NCBI GenBank assembly: GCA_905339235.1
Contig: CAJPFG010000023.1
Span: 89,621 to 153,620 of the forward strand
DNA: 64,000 nucleotides
Direction: 5' to 3'
Source: Phycisphaerales bacterium
GTDB lineage: Bacteria > Planctomycetota > Phycisphaerae > Phycisphaerales > UBA1924
The notes beneath the pieces were generated by a model. The model worked only from the letters and a program-made list of their open reading frames with translations, searched no databases and was not told the origin of the DNA. Below are positions 17,446 through 27,800 of the stretch, one piece after another (position 1 is the first letter of the stretch; each line of letters begins with the position of its first letter). The position numbers and the translations under genes were made by a program.

Positions 17446-18714
17446 GTGAAACCCGCTCCGCTCGTTGCCGCCCTCTTCGGACTGCTCGCCTCAGCCCCGC
17501 ATGTGATTGCTCAGGCGCCGGAACCCGCCGCGGCGTTTCAACGCATCCTGGACGCCTACCGCGCCAAGCCGGTCGCCCAGACCGCGTCGATCCGCGTCAT
17601 CGCTCCCGAGGGGCGTGAGCGCATCAGCCGCGTTGAGGTTCTGACCGAGCCTTCGCCCACGTCGCGGCGGATAGCACTCCGCCTGGGTCGTTCCCTCCAG
17701 GTCGAGGCCTCCGACCGCGAACTCCGTGGCGTTTCCCCGCGCAACCCCACCGCGGCCTGCGTGCTCCCGCTGACCGGCCCCCTCACGGATGAATCGCTGC
17801 GCGCGGTGCTGCCGCCGATCCCGGTCCCCAATATCGCCTGGGCCCTGGGCGGCGAAGTGGTCGGCGAGGGTGCTCGGGAGGGCGAGTTTCTAGTTCCCCC
17901 GGTGGGGTGGGTGCGTCTGGATTCAGTGGAGCCCAGGCCGGGAATGGGCCACATCGCCCTGCGCGGATCGAACCCGCTCGGACCGGTCGAGATAGTCGTG
18001 GACGAGTCCACGCACATGCTGGTCCGGCTGACGGGGACCCTCTCAGGACCGGCCCTGCGCGTGGAACTCGCGTTTCGTGGAGCCGATCCGGGGTCCAAGT
18101 CGTGGGCGGTGGAGATCGAAGGGCGCGAGCGAGTGCCCTCGCTGAGCGATCTCAAGCCGCTGCCCGCCGAAGTCCAGCCCGGCGCCCAAGTTGGCAGCCT
18201 GAGCCTGATGGGCACCGACCTTTCGCCTTGGTTGCTCGCCGACACGATGCGGGAACAGGCCGCGATTCCCACCGAAGCGGGCGAGGGCCCGATTCTGGGA
18301 GCGCTGGTGGTCTATCGGAGTTCCGCCCCGGGCGCGGAGGACGCGGCGTTCCAGGCCTGCGGGTCGCTCCGATCGCACAAGAAGTTCCTCGACCGCAAGC
18401 GCTTGACCGCCGACCCAGCCACGCCGCGGCTCTTCATCCGCCCCGTCGCCGTATTCGAACTCCCGGAGTTCTCTCCCGGGGCCGCCCGGGAACTCGCGGC
18501 CCGCTGGGCCGGCACGGGCGACACTCCGGTATGGACCAGCGCGGGGCAGGCCCTGATCGACCGATTCGATCGCGGCGCCATCGGCGCGGTCATCATCGTG
18601 GACCTGGAAGGTGTCCTGCTCGGGGCGGCGACGCTCGAGGCCGGACCGCAGGCGGGCGACGCCGCCCTCGTCGAAGTTCGGGCCATCATCGAGGAAACGG
18701 CGGTTCCGAAGTAG
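17446..18714 (+). CDS. Secreted hypothetical protein (signal peptide; N-terminal region weakly LolA-like)
   Basis: Signal peptide MKPAPLVAALFGLLASAPHVIAQA; 422 aa; no recognisable catalytic motifs. Confidence 0.5.
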   Translation: MKPAPLVAALFGLLASAPHVIAQAPEPAAAFQRILDAYRAKPVAQTASIRVIAPEGRERISRVEVLTEPSPTSRRIALRLGRSLQVEASDRELRGVSPRNPTAACVLPLTGPLTDESLRAVLPPIPVPNIAWALGGEVVGEGAREGEFLVPPVGWVRLDSVEPRPGMGHIALRGSNPLGPVEIVVDESTHMLVRLTGTLSGPALRVELAFRGADPGSKSWAVEIEGRERVPSLSDLKPLPAEVQPGAQVGSLSLMGTDLSPWLLADTMREQAAIPTEAGEGPILGALVVYRSSAPGAEDAAFQACGSLRSHKKFLDRKRLTADPATPRLFIRPVAVFELPEFSPGAARELAARWAGTGDTPVWTSAGQALIDRFDRGAIGAVIIVDLEGVLLGAATLEAGPQAGDAALVEVRAIIEETAVPK

Positions 18715-18723
18715 CCGGCGCGA

Positions 18724-19752
18724 TCAACTCGCCTGCGCCCGCGGATGCGCCTTGTTGTACGCGTCCTGAATCCGGTGCGTGGTGAGGTGCGTGTACACCT
18801 GCGTCGTGGACAGGCTCTGGTGGCCCAGAAGTTCCTGCACGCTGCGGAGGTCGGCCCCGTTGTCGAGCAGGTGAGTGGCGAAGGAGTGCCGGAGCGTGTG
18901 CGGGCTGATCGAGGGGTCCAGGCCGCACTGCTTGAGGTACTTGTCGAGTTTGCGGCGGACCGAACGGCTGGACAGGCGCCCGCCGTGCTTGTTCACGAAC
19001 AGCGGGCCGCTGTCGCGATTGGCGAGCCGAGGCTCGTTCTTGAGCATCTCCAGATACCGCTGGACCGCGCCGATCGCGTGGCTGCCCAGGGGCACGATCC
19101 GCTCCTTGTTGCCCTTGCCGCGGACCCGGAGCGCCTCGCCGGCGAGGTCCAGGTCGGTCACCTGCAGGCCCACAAGTTCGCTGACGCGGATGCCCGTGGA
19201 ATAAAGGGTCTCGAGCATGGCGCGATCGCGCCGCCCGAGGACATCCGTGTCAGAGGGCGTCGCGAGCAAGCGCTCGATCTGTTCGATGGTGATGGCCTTG
19301 GGCAGGCGCTTGGCCTGGCGGGGCGTGCGGATCACGGTCATGGGGTTGCCCAGCGCGAAGCCGCGCCGGTCGGCCCACTTGTAGAACGAGCGGAGGGTGG
19401 CGATCTTCCGGGCCATGGTCGCCGCGGAGTAGTTCTGCTCGCCCAGGTGGGCCAGAAACATCCGGACGATCTCGGCGCTCGACATGCACACGCACTCGGT
19501 GATCGTGGCGGGGCGGAAGTTCGCGTCGATGGCCCGGTTGGGGTTGAACGCCGCGCCCTCGTTCTTGGCCTGAGTGGCCGCGTCGAGCGCGCCCTGTTCC
19601 TTCGCCGACTCGATCTCGATCCCGTATTCGGTCGCGAGGAACTCGACGAACTGGCGCAGGTCCGCGCCGTAGCACCTCGCGGTGTACGGGCTGAAGTGCC
19701 GCTCGTTTGCGAGATACGAGGTGAAGGCGTCGGTAATGGGCAGCGTCGTCAT
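18724..19752 (-). CDS. Tyrosine site-specific recombinase, XerC/XerD family
   Basis: N-terminal SAM-like domain (FTSYLANERHFSPYTARCYGADLRQFVEFL) and the catalytic motifs R...HTLRHSFATHLLDNGADLRSVQELLGHQSLSTTQVYTHL. The track ORF extends to 20025; ATG at 19752 gives a canonical XerC N-terminus. Confidence 0.8.
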   Translation of the reverse strand: MTTLPITDAFTSYLANERHFSPYTARCYGADLRQFVEFLATEYGIEIESAKEQGALDAATQAKNEGAAFNPNRAIDANFRPATITECVCMSSAEIVRMFLAHLGEQNYSAATMARKIATLRSFYKWADRRGFALGNPMTVIRTPRQAKRLPKAITIEQIERLLATPSDTDVLGRRDRAMLETLYSTGIRVSELVGLQVTDLDLAGEALRVRGKGNKERIVPLGSHAIGAVQRYLEMLKNEPRLANRDSGPLFVNKHGGRLSSRSVRRKLDKYLKQCGLDPSISPHTLRHSFATHLLDNGADLRSVQELLGHQSLSTTQVYTHLTTHRIQDAYNKAHPRAQAS

Positions 19753-19912
19753 CCCTGGCACTCCTGCACGTTTCCGCGCCCGTCGCGGCCATTCTTCCGT
19801 GAACTGACCGCTGGAACTCCGGGCGATAACCCAAACGTCGGCGCTTCTCGGGCCCGCCTTGACCGTGGTGCTGAATAATCGACGAAACACCCCCTCGTTC
19901 CAATAATCCAGC

Positions 19913-20683
19913 CTACCGATCTTTTCCCTGCTCACCCGAGACCACCGCCGTCCGGGTAACCCGCACCCATTCCTGCCGCAAAACCTCGTCGATCGTCCGG
20001 AACGCGCAGAACTCGCTGTACCCATCCACGCTCATCAGGTAGCGCCGCCAGCCCAGGGCCGAAGGGCCCTTCAGCCGCCCTTCACCGTACGACTTCACGT
20101 CCATCAGCACCTGGTTGTTCTTGGCATCCAGGTGCACCGAGGCCGAGGCCAGCGGATCTTCGCCGAATCGCGTGGGCGGGGGGGGCCCTTCCGTGGGGCT
20201 GTTCCCCAGTTCCCGGGGGGACAGCGCCGTCCGAGTCACTGCCATTCCGCCCGGCCGCGCGAAAAGCGCTACCGACAACCCCATTACCGGGGTGTACGGG
20301 TCATACGCCGTGACGCTGCCGACCAAGACCCCGTCCACTCCCATAGTCTGGGCCAGACGCCGGGCCTCCGCGGGAGATCGAACGCCGTTCATCTTGAGCG
20401 ACCGCATCGCTTCGATCGTCCGGTTGAGGGGGACGCACCGGATGCCCTCGGCCTCCTCGGCCGCGGCGACGAGTTTGTCGGACACCATTAAAACGTCCAC
20501 GACGCTCGTACCGCTTTCATTACGCAGCGGCACAACGGCCCAGAGCACCTCCCCCGCGCTGGAGTCGTACGGCGCCGTGAGCACGCGAGGAGGGGTCAGG
20601 ACGTCCTTGGGGGCTGAGCGACAGCCAGCCAGAACGCCGGCGACCAGAAAGCACGTTGCACCGGCAATGCCGCTCCTGAACAT
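19913..20683 (-). CDS. Lipoprotein, uncharacterised (alpha/beta lipoprotein; possible LpoB / TolB-N / LPP20-like fold)
   Basis: Lipobox AGVLAGC. The pattern LWAVVPLRNESGTSVVDVLMVSDKLVAAAEEAEG...GVDGVLVGSVTAY resembles the LpoB/CsgG/TolB-N class of lipoproteins. Lies immediately downstream of the TolB-like propeller gene. Confidence 0.45.
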   Translation of the reverse strand: MFRSGIAGATCFLVAGVLAGCRSAPKDVLTPPRVLTAPYDSSAGEVLWAVVPLRNESGTSVVDVLMVSDKLVAAAEEAEGIRCVPLNRTIEAMRSLKMNGVRSPAEARRLAQTMGVDGVLVGSVTAYDPYTPVMGLSVALFARPGGMAVTRTALSPRELGNSPTEGPPPPTRFGEDPLASASVHLDAKNNQVLMDVKSYGEGRLKGPSALGWRRYLMSVDGYSEFCAFRTIDEVLRQEWVRVTRTAVVSGEQGKDR

Positions 20684-20844
20684 GCTGGCTCCTGCTCCGC
20701 TTGACCACTACGCACCGACACCGTCCGGGCCGACCTCGGGCGACGGTTCGTGCGCGCCGCGCATTGCCTTTCGGGCGAGGCGGCAAACACACGCCCGCAC
20801 CCAGTGAATCCGCGCTCGGATTCTCGCCCGAACGCAGGGTCGGA

Positions 20845-22152
20845 TCAGCGGGGATCGGCGGGTTCTTTCGCGCCCGCCGTGACGACACTGTTATCGGTCG
20901 AATCACCGTTCGAGGATTCATTCGAGCCCGTGGCGGAAGCGCTTGCAGCAGGAGGAGTTGCAAAAGTCCCGCCGGCGGCGCTCGCCGCCTGCACCGCCGG
21001 AGTCAGGTCCATCGCCCAGATGCTGTCGGTCCCGGAGCGGTCCGACACGTAGAATAGCCGGTTGTTCATCCCCCAGACTGGGGTCGCATTAAGGCCCTTG
21101 CCGGTCGTGAGACGCACCTTGGCTTCGCCCGCCGCGCTGATCATCCACAACGAGCCGTTGGCAGGGCGCGTGCTGGGAGACCAGCCCGACCCGTCCGGCG
21201 CGGCCACTTCCGCAAAGACGATCCACCGCCCATCGGGGCTCCACGACGGCCGGATGAACGCGCTGCCGGCGCTGCCCGTGATCTCGGTCTGATTCGACGC
21301 GACGCCGTTGTTCAGTTCCAGCGTCCAGAGGCTGAAGGAGCGCCGGCCGCGTTCGCGCGGAAGTTGATACAGGATCCGGTCCCCGGCGTTGTCACCCGTT
21401 GCCGTGACCGGGCACCACTGCGGGAACAGACCGTAGCCGATGAAGACGGGTGTGGCGGGGTTGGCGACATCGGCGATCCAGATTTCCCAGCGCCCGCTGC
21501 CTTCTCCGAAGCGGTTGAACACCAAGGACTTGCCGTTGGGCGACCAACTGGGATGGATCTCGTCAGAAGTCTCGCTTGTGACCTGCACCGCTTTCCCGCC
21601 CGCGATCGGCATCACGTACACGTCCCAGTTGCCGGATCGATTGGAAGCGAACGCGATCCTCGCGCCGTCCGGGCTGAGCGCCGGCATTTCGTCGTCGGCA
21701 GGGTCGGTGGTGAGTTGCGTCACCACGCGGCTGTCGATTCGCTTCATGTAGAGATCGCTCGACTTGCGGTGCTGGGTGCTGGCGAACACCAGGCGTGCGC
21801 CGTCGCGCGAGACGGTCGGATCAAAGTCCGCTCCCTCCTCGGCGAAAGACACGCGCATGACGTTGAGTTGCCAGGGCACATCGCCCTCGTCGGGGATCGA
21901 GCGGGTGAGGCTGGCAGTCGCCGGTTGCGTCGGCGTGGTTTCGGTTTGAGTCGTGGATGTGTCGGGCGTGGTCGGAGTCGGTGTCGGAGAACTCGCGGCC
22001 GCGTTTCCGCCGGCAACCTGAACCCCCGGCCGCGTCGTCCTTGTGGAGTTGGGCGGCGTGCTCGCGAACCACGAGGAGGCACACCCTCCAAGCGAAATGC
22101 CCGCGGCAAGGACGAGGAACGAGGCGTGGAAGCGAGTGAGGCGGTTAGTCAT
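20845..22152 (-). CDS. TolB-like beta-propeller lipoprotein (PD40/WD40-like repeats)
   Basis: Lipoprotein signal MTNRLTRFHASFLVLAAGISLGGC. Repeated PD40 motifs (DFDPTVSRDGARLVFAS, DDEMPALSPDGARIAFASNRSGNWDVYVM, EIHPSWSPNGKSLVF, RPSWSPDGRWIVFAE). Confidence 0.65.
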   Translation of the reverse strand: MTNRLTRFHASFLVLAAGISLGGCASSWFASTPPNSTRTTRPGVQVAGGNAAASSPTPTPTTPDTSTTQTETTPTQPATASLTRSIPDEGDVPWQLNVMRVSFAEEGADFDPTVSRDGARLVFASTQHRKSSDLYMKRIDSRVVTQLTTDPADDEMPALSPDGARIAFASNRSGNWDVYVMPIAGGKAVQVTSETSDEIHPSWSPNGKSLVFNRFGEGSGRWEIWIADVANPATPVFIGYGLFPQWCPVTATGDNAGDRILYQLPRERGRRSFSLWTLELNNGVASNQTEITGSAGSAFIRPSWSPDGRWIVFAEVAAPDGSGWSPSTRPANGSLWMISAAGEAKVRLTTGKGLNATPVWGMNNRLFYVSDRSGTDSIWAMDLTPAVQAASAAGGTFATPPAASASATGSNESSNGDSTDNSVVTAGAKEPADPR

Positions 22153-22294
22153 GAGTCGAATTCTCCGCGCGGCCGCCCGACAGCGGCCGGTTCTTATCGG
22201 ACGGTCCAATCGGCGCGCTTGAAGGCGCACCGGTCCTTGCTCGCTATCGGCGTGCCAATCCGGTCGCGGTAGTTTCGGCCTCGAAATCCCGCCG

Positions 22295-22588
22295 CTAGAC
22301 CTTGGTGCTGCGCGTGATGATGGCCGGCGGACCGGATCGCCGCACCCACACCGACGCCTTGCCCCGCGGCTCGACGGTCAGGGTGAGGTGATCGAGGTAT
22401 TCCCCCAGCGCTGGGCCGGTGAAGCGAGCCAGGAACTCGCGCCCCGCGGTGGGGTTCAACTCCATGATCCGCTCGACAAGTTGAGCCCTCGACAGGCGAC
22501 TGACCCCCGTTGGGACGGGTTTTTCGTCAAAGGGAATCTCGACGTGAACGGGTTTTCGAAGGAGCGCTGCTGCGCCGAACGCCATCAT
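22295..22588 (-). CDS. Hypothetical protein
   Basis: ORF with a plausible composition (MMAFGAAALLRKPVHVEIPFDEKPVPTGVSRLSRAQLVERIMELNPTAGREFLARFTGPALGEYLDHLTLTV...). No family recognised; start uncertain. Confidence 0.3.
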   Translation of the reverse strand: MMAFGAAALLRKPVHVEIPFDEKPVPTGVSRLSRAQLVERIMELNPTAGREFLARFTGPALGEYLDHLTLTVEPRGKASVWVRRSGPPAIITRSTKV

Positions 22589-22729
22589 CGACCTCCGTGC
22601 CGATCCGGCCCGGTTGTGGCCTCCTGCCGTGGTGCGTCTCCGAACGTGCACCATCGACCGGGCGGCCCGGTTCTGCAACACCTATAACTCACTCGGACGT
22701 AGCCTCACCCGAACGAACCCGCAACTGGC

Positions 22730-23326
22730 GTGCCGAGACTTGCGCTTCCGGCAGCAACGAGGAACAGCGTGCCGACCCGATGCATCGTCCAAGACACAGG
22801 AGTGGAGCCCTTCGACCTTGTGGTGCGTTGTGCCGGTTCGGACATCGCGCTCCGGGTCGCCTGGTCGGCCTCGCCCTCAGCGGCGTTGCCTCTCGACCCC
22901 CGCACAACCCTCGCGATAGGCACCGAAGTCCGCGGCGAGCAACCCGCGTGGATGCCCGGCGCCCGCCGCGAGTTTGAATCGAGCATCCCGACGGTCGAGC
23001 GCTGGGCCGCCGGACGCACCCTCGCGGTCTGGCCCGCGGCCGGGGGCGTCATTTCCGACGTGCCGTCCCTGCTCTCGTTCCTGAGGACCCACCCGGCGTG
23101 GCGGTTCGTGCTCGAGCCCCTTGCGTTGCTTACCGAGGCGATGCGGGGAAACGCCGAGGAGCATCTGCGCCGAATGGCAGAGGCTCTGGAAGACCATGGG
23201 GCGCTCGCGGGCGTGGTGATGCCGGCAAAAGAGGATTCGTTGCGAAACCTGGTTGAGCGAGCGTTCGACGGCTTAGGGGAGAGCGCGTGGGTGGCGGAGA
23301 GAGTCGCTTCTGGCCACCTACAGTGA
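22730..23326 (+). CDS. Hypothetical protein
   Basis: 198-aa ORF divergent from the previous gene; non-repetitive composition; no family recognised. Confidence 0.3.
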   Translation: MPRLALPAATRNSVPTRCIVQDTGVEPFDLVVRCAGSDIALRVAWSASPSAALPLDPRTTLAIGTEVRGEQPAWMPGARREFESSIPTVERWAAGRTLAVWPAAGGVISDVPSLLSFLRTHPAWRFVLEPLALLTEAMRGNAEEHLRRMAEALEDHGALAGVVMPAKEDSLRNLVERAFDGLGESAWVAERVASGHLQ

Positions 23327-23372
23327 TGCCCTGCTTCCCCGGCGGCGACCGGGGCCTACTGCGAGAAGTGAG

Positions 23373-23936
23373 ATGGCCGAAACCAAAGCCCCGAACCTCG
23401 ATCACCCGGTCTTCAAGGTCGTGAAAGAGGCGTTCCTGAGCAAGTCGTTCCACGCCACCGAGTTCCGGAGCCAGTCCACGCTCATCGTCGCCCCCGCGGA
23501 CCTCCACGAGGTGTTGGCGTTCCTCAAGAGCGATCCGCGCTGCGACTTCAACTTCCTGTCGGACATCGCCGGTATCGACTATCTCAACTATCCCGCGAAG
23601 ACCGCCGGAAGATTCGCCGTCTCGTACAACCTGATCTCGTTCTCGCGCGACGACCGTTTTTTCGTCAAGGTCTTCCTCGACCCCACGCTGCCGACCGTCG
23701 GCACCGCCGACGACCCCGCCCTCAACCTCGATTCCGTGACTGATCTCTGGCCCGGCGCCGAGTGGATGGAGCGCGAGGTCTTCGACATGCTGGGCATCCG
23801 CTTCCGCAACCATCCGGACCTCCGCCGCATCCTGCTGTGGGAGGAGTACCCCGCGTACCCGCTCCGCAAGGACTACCCGGTCCGAGGCCGCGGCGAGCGG
23901 GAGCACTACCGCGTCGTTGATCGGTCCTCCTCGTAA
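23373..23936 (+). CDS. nuoC: NADH-quinone oxidoreductase subunit C (30-kDa subunit)
   Basis: Carries the NuoC motifs FLSDIAGIDYLNYP...RFAVSYNLISFSRDDRFFVKVFL...DSVTDLWPGAEWMEREVFDMLGIRFRNHPDLRRILLWEEYP. Confidence 0.8.
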   Translation: MAETKAPNLDHPVFKVVKEAFLSKSFHATEFRSQSTLIVAPADLHEVLAFLKSDPRCDFNFLSDIAGIDYLNYPAKTAGRFAVSYNLISFSRDDRFFVKVFLDPTLPTVGTADDPALNLDSVTDLWPGAEWMEREVFDMLGIRFRNHPDLRRILLWEEYPAYPLRKDYPVRGRGEREHYRVVDRSSS

Positions 23937-23969
23937 CCCGGCGCCTCCGGCGGGCGTAGAAGTGATCGC

Positions 23970-24866
23970 ATGACTCGCCTGGTGTGGACGATCCCGGTAC
24001 TCGCGGCGATGCTGGCCCTGCTGCCGGCCTGCGGTTCGGCTGGCCCTCGCGACACACCCGAAGAGACCATCGCGGCGATGAAGAAGGTGGTGCTCGACGG
24101 CCGCGCCGATCGGCTGGGAGACTTCATCTACGCCGACAACCCGGACATGCGCAAACTGCTCCGGCGGACGGGCATCATGCTGGGCAACCTGCAGAAACTG
24201 TCCGCGTCGGTGCAAGCGAAGTTCCCGGATGAGGTGGCGAAACTGAAGGCCGATGCCGTGCAGGCCGCGAAGGACGGCAAGGCGACGAGTTTCCTCTCGC
24301 AGATCGTCGGGCAGATCGGGGGGAACAACGCGCCGCGTCGCCGCCGGGCGTCGAGCGAGGACTCCAACAAGGTCCGGGCGTCGTTCGACGATTTCCTCAA
24401 GGGTCTGATGGCCGACCCGTACGGCTGGGCCGAGCAGGCCGAAACACGCCTTACCACGGCATTCCTGACAGACGATTCGGTCGCGCTTCTCTGGGACGAA
24501 AAGCCGGTGCTCGCGCCCATCGGCCTCAAGATGCAGCGGGCCGTGGACGGCGAGTGGTACATCGTGCTCCCGACCGGCGCCGTCGGCGGTCTGATGCCTC
24601 ACACCCCCGACCAGTACAAAATCTTCGGCAGCCTCATCGCTACGTTCGACAACGTCATCATCGATCTCGCCACGGATGTGGAATCAGGCCGCGTGAACGA
24701 CCTGAATGAACTCTCCCGCAAGGCCGGTGAAAAGGCCTTCCTGCCGGTGGCCGCCACCGTCTTCGCCTACGGAAACTACACGGCGAAACTCGAAAAAGAG
24801 AAACGCGCCGCGGCGAAACCCACGGCCGGCACAAGCCCGGCTTCCTCCAGCCCATCGCCCAAGTAA
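23970..24866 (+). CDS. Lipoprotein, uncharacterised
   Basis: Lipobox LLPACGS; 298 aa; no family recognised. Confidence 0.45.
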   Translation: MTRLVWTIPVLAAMLALLPACGSAGPRDTPEETIAAMKKVVLDGRADRLGDFIYADNPDMRKLLRRTGIMLGNLQKLSASVQAKFPDEVAKLKADAVQAAKDGKATSFLSQIVGQIGGNNAPRRRRASSEDSNKVRASFDDFLKGLMADPYGWAEQAETRLTTAFLTDDSVALLWDEKPVLAPIGLKMQRAVDGEWYIVLPTGAVGGLMPHTPDQYKIFGSLIATFDNVIIDLATDVESGRVNDLNELSRKAGEKAFLPVAATVFAYGNYTAKLEKEKRAAAKPTAGTSPASSSPSPK

Positions 24867-27800
24867 CTACTTCCCCATCCGCGTGTTGAAACCGGCGTCC
24901 GAGTTGGAAACCCCCACCCCGCCCGTCACGCCGTATGGACGGAGCACGAACGAGAGCCCGGTTTCGCCCGTGATCTCGTTGGTGCTGACGCCCAGGCCCA
25001 GGACAAGGCTGGAGAAGCGGCGCTGCATCAGGATTCCCACCGTCTGGAACTCGCTCTTGTCCGTGTCGTAGTTGGCCGCGAGCGACATCGTGTACTTGTC
25101 CGTCAGTTCGTGCGACAGGGCCATCGTGAGGTACGTGGTGTCCTGAGGATTCAGATAGCGAAGGTCCAGCGCCGCGAGAAATGTCGGCGACTGGCGGATG
25201 AGCAGCCCAACGCTTGACGCGGCCTGCTCGCCCGCGTCAAGATCGTACACGCCGCTGGCGGTGACGCTCGTCGCATCCGTCACGCGAGCCACCGCATCCA
25301 CCACCAGGAAGTCTCCGGGGTTGGAATACTCCGGGCGAAAGTCAAAGAACCGCCCGATCGGTCCTCGGGCGCCCGCGTCATCGTTGGAGGAAACAAAGTC
25401 GGTGCTGAGCGAGAGCAGGTTCACTTGGTGCCATCGCCCCGGCCCGCCGCGCTGGGTCTGGATGGTCTGGTTCACGCCCACGCGGATCATCGCCCCGTCG
25501 AGGACCGCTTCGACGTCCTGGTCGTAGATGGGCACATCTTCTCGCTCGACGCTCGTGCCCGCCGCCCACACCGTGAAGTTGGGCTCGACGATGTGGCGGA
25601 TTCGGTGGATGTCCAGCAAGCGCGAGTCCACGTCGTTGTAGACCCGCTGGAAGGTCGTCGAAGCGCGAAGCCCCACCGCGCCCCAGAAACGCACGTTGTC
25701 GTCTTCGCCGGCACTGAAGGCCGCGAAGTCGTTATCCCAGAACGTCACCCGTCCGACGACGAAAGGGTTGAGCACGACCGGCCCGGCGTTGATGTGCGCC
25801 GCAAGTTCCTGACGGGTGTCCGCGCGGTACAGGGCCTCCTCGAACAGCCCGCCCGCCCGCAGGGTGTCGGCGAGACGCTGATCGGCGTTGATCCCCAGCG
25901 CCCGCTGCGCCAGGAAGTTAGTCGTGAATCCGTGCTCGCGTGCAAACGCCTCGTCAAAGTTCATCTCCAGCCTGCCGGCGCGGTACTCGCTGAACCACGT
26001 AAGCATCCCCGGCCGACCCGGCGAGAGCAGATCGTCCGCGTGCCGCACGTACGTCACCTCGGGCGTCCGCGTCACCGAATACCCCTGGCTCTCGAGCAGG
26101 TACTCGTTGGCGATGAAATCCTCGAAACGCCCCGAAAACTCCGCGTTGAGGTAGGTGTTGCCGTCGAGCCTTCGCGCGGCCAGGCGGTTGGTGAACTCCC
26201 GGCGCGTCTCGCCCTGTTCCTCGAAGAACGCGTCGATGACCCGCACGTCGCTCAGGATCGCGGCCTCGCCCATCAGCGTCCAGCGATCGTCGATCCGCCA
26301 GCGCTGCTCGGCGGTGAGCACGCCGCGGAAGTCGTTCTCGTGGTTGAACTTGGTCCCGGCCTTCATGACGTCCCACCCGCGGTCGATGGGCAGGGTGTAC
26401 GCGAAGATCGAGCCGCGCTGGTTGCCGCTGGACCAGTCGGCATCCACCCCGAGGGCGGGTCCGCGCTCGAAGTAGAGGTCGGCGAGGATGTCGGCGCTCA
26501 CGTTCCGAGGGCGCTCCAGCCCCAGCAGCGGGTAGAGGTTCAGCGTCGTCAGCAGCGCGCCGCCGGACCCCGAGCGGTTCTCGACGCGGATGTCCTTGAT
26601 CAGCCGCTGCTCGGGGTCGCCCGCGTAGACCGGCCAGTAGAAGACCGGCAGCCCCATCACCCGCCCGGTGATATTCCGCGCATCGACCCAGGTGTACGCC
26701 TCGGTCCGCGGCTCTTCGCCCGCGAGTTCTCCGGGCGGATCGACCACGCGCTCCCGCTTTGAGACCGTCACCCGCGAGGCCCCGATCGCCAGTTCGGGAT
26801 CGAAGAACGGGCTGTTGGTGAACCTCGCGCCCTCGGCGGTGAAGGAGTTCGCGGATGTCTGCCGCACGGCCTTCGCGCGGACGTAGATGGGGAGTTGCTT
26901 GACCTCGTCGTAGGTCCAGAACACCGCGTCGAGCATGACCGCCCGGTTCGCGCGAAGGTCGTAGTAGATCGAGGGCGCCCGAACGTTGTAAACCCCGTCG
27001 CTCGCCGATACGTCACCTTCCAGGTAGATCCCGCGGACTCTCGACGCGTCGAGGTTGAACAGATCCTGCACGCGCCCCGGGTCCATGAAGACCACGGCGC
27101 GACGGGCCGTCAGTTGCAGCACGCGGTCCCGCGCGGGTTCGACGTATTGCATGACCACGCCGTTGGAAACCAGCACGGCGCTCTCGTCTTCGCCCGACAC
27201 CAGCGTCACATCCCCCGGCGCGAGCGTGACCGACCCGGCACGCCCGAAGATCGGCGGCTCCGCGGGTTGGGCCGGAGTCGGCGGCGGCGCTTCCACAACG
27301 GGCGCCGGTGACGGGTCCGGCGCGGGCGGCGGGGCGGGTGAAGGTAGAAGGGGCGCGGGCGGCGATGGCGGCTGAACCGGCTGGGACGGTGGCGGCGCGG
27401 GCGTGGGCGAGGGAGGAGTCGGGGGATTGGGTGAAGGCGTGGGGCCGGGTGTCAAGCGCGGGCCGGTTGGGGCGGGCGGTTCAACCGTCTTGGGAGTCTG
27501 CACCACGCGCGGTCCCGGGCGCGCGGGGGGCTTTGGACGCGGCGCGACGGCGCGGGGGCCCGGAGTCTTGGGCGAAAACTTGGGCAGGGGCGGGGCGGGT
27601 TCTTCGGCCGCTTCGCCGCGAGCCCGGCGTAGCGACTTGGCGAGCGCGGCCTCGGCCGGCGGCATCAACGCGGCCTCTTCGCGACGACGGGATTCCGGGG
27701 CCGCGTGCACGACGAGATCGCCCTTGACCTCCGCGGCCTGCGGGGCCACGAACACCGCGCGGATCGGCAGCGCTCCCGCTTCCAGCCCCGGCCCGCCCGA

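Noticed and set aside
25425-26762. 445-aa plus-strand ORF inside the LptD-like gene
   Set aside because: Antisense to the OMP gene, which has a signal peptide, OstA segments and beta-barrel periodicity. The antisense product is Arg/Asp/Val-rich without motifs.
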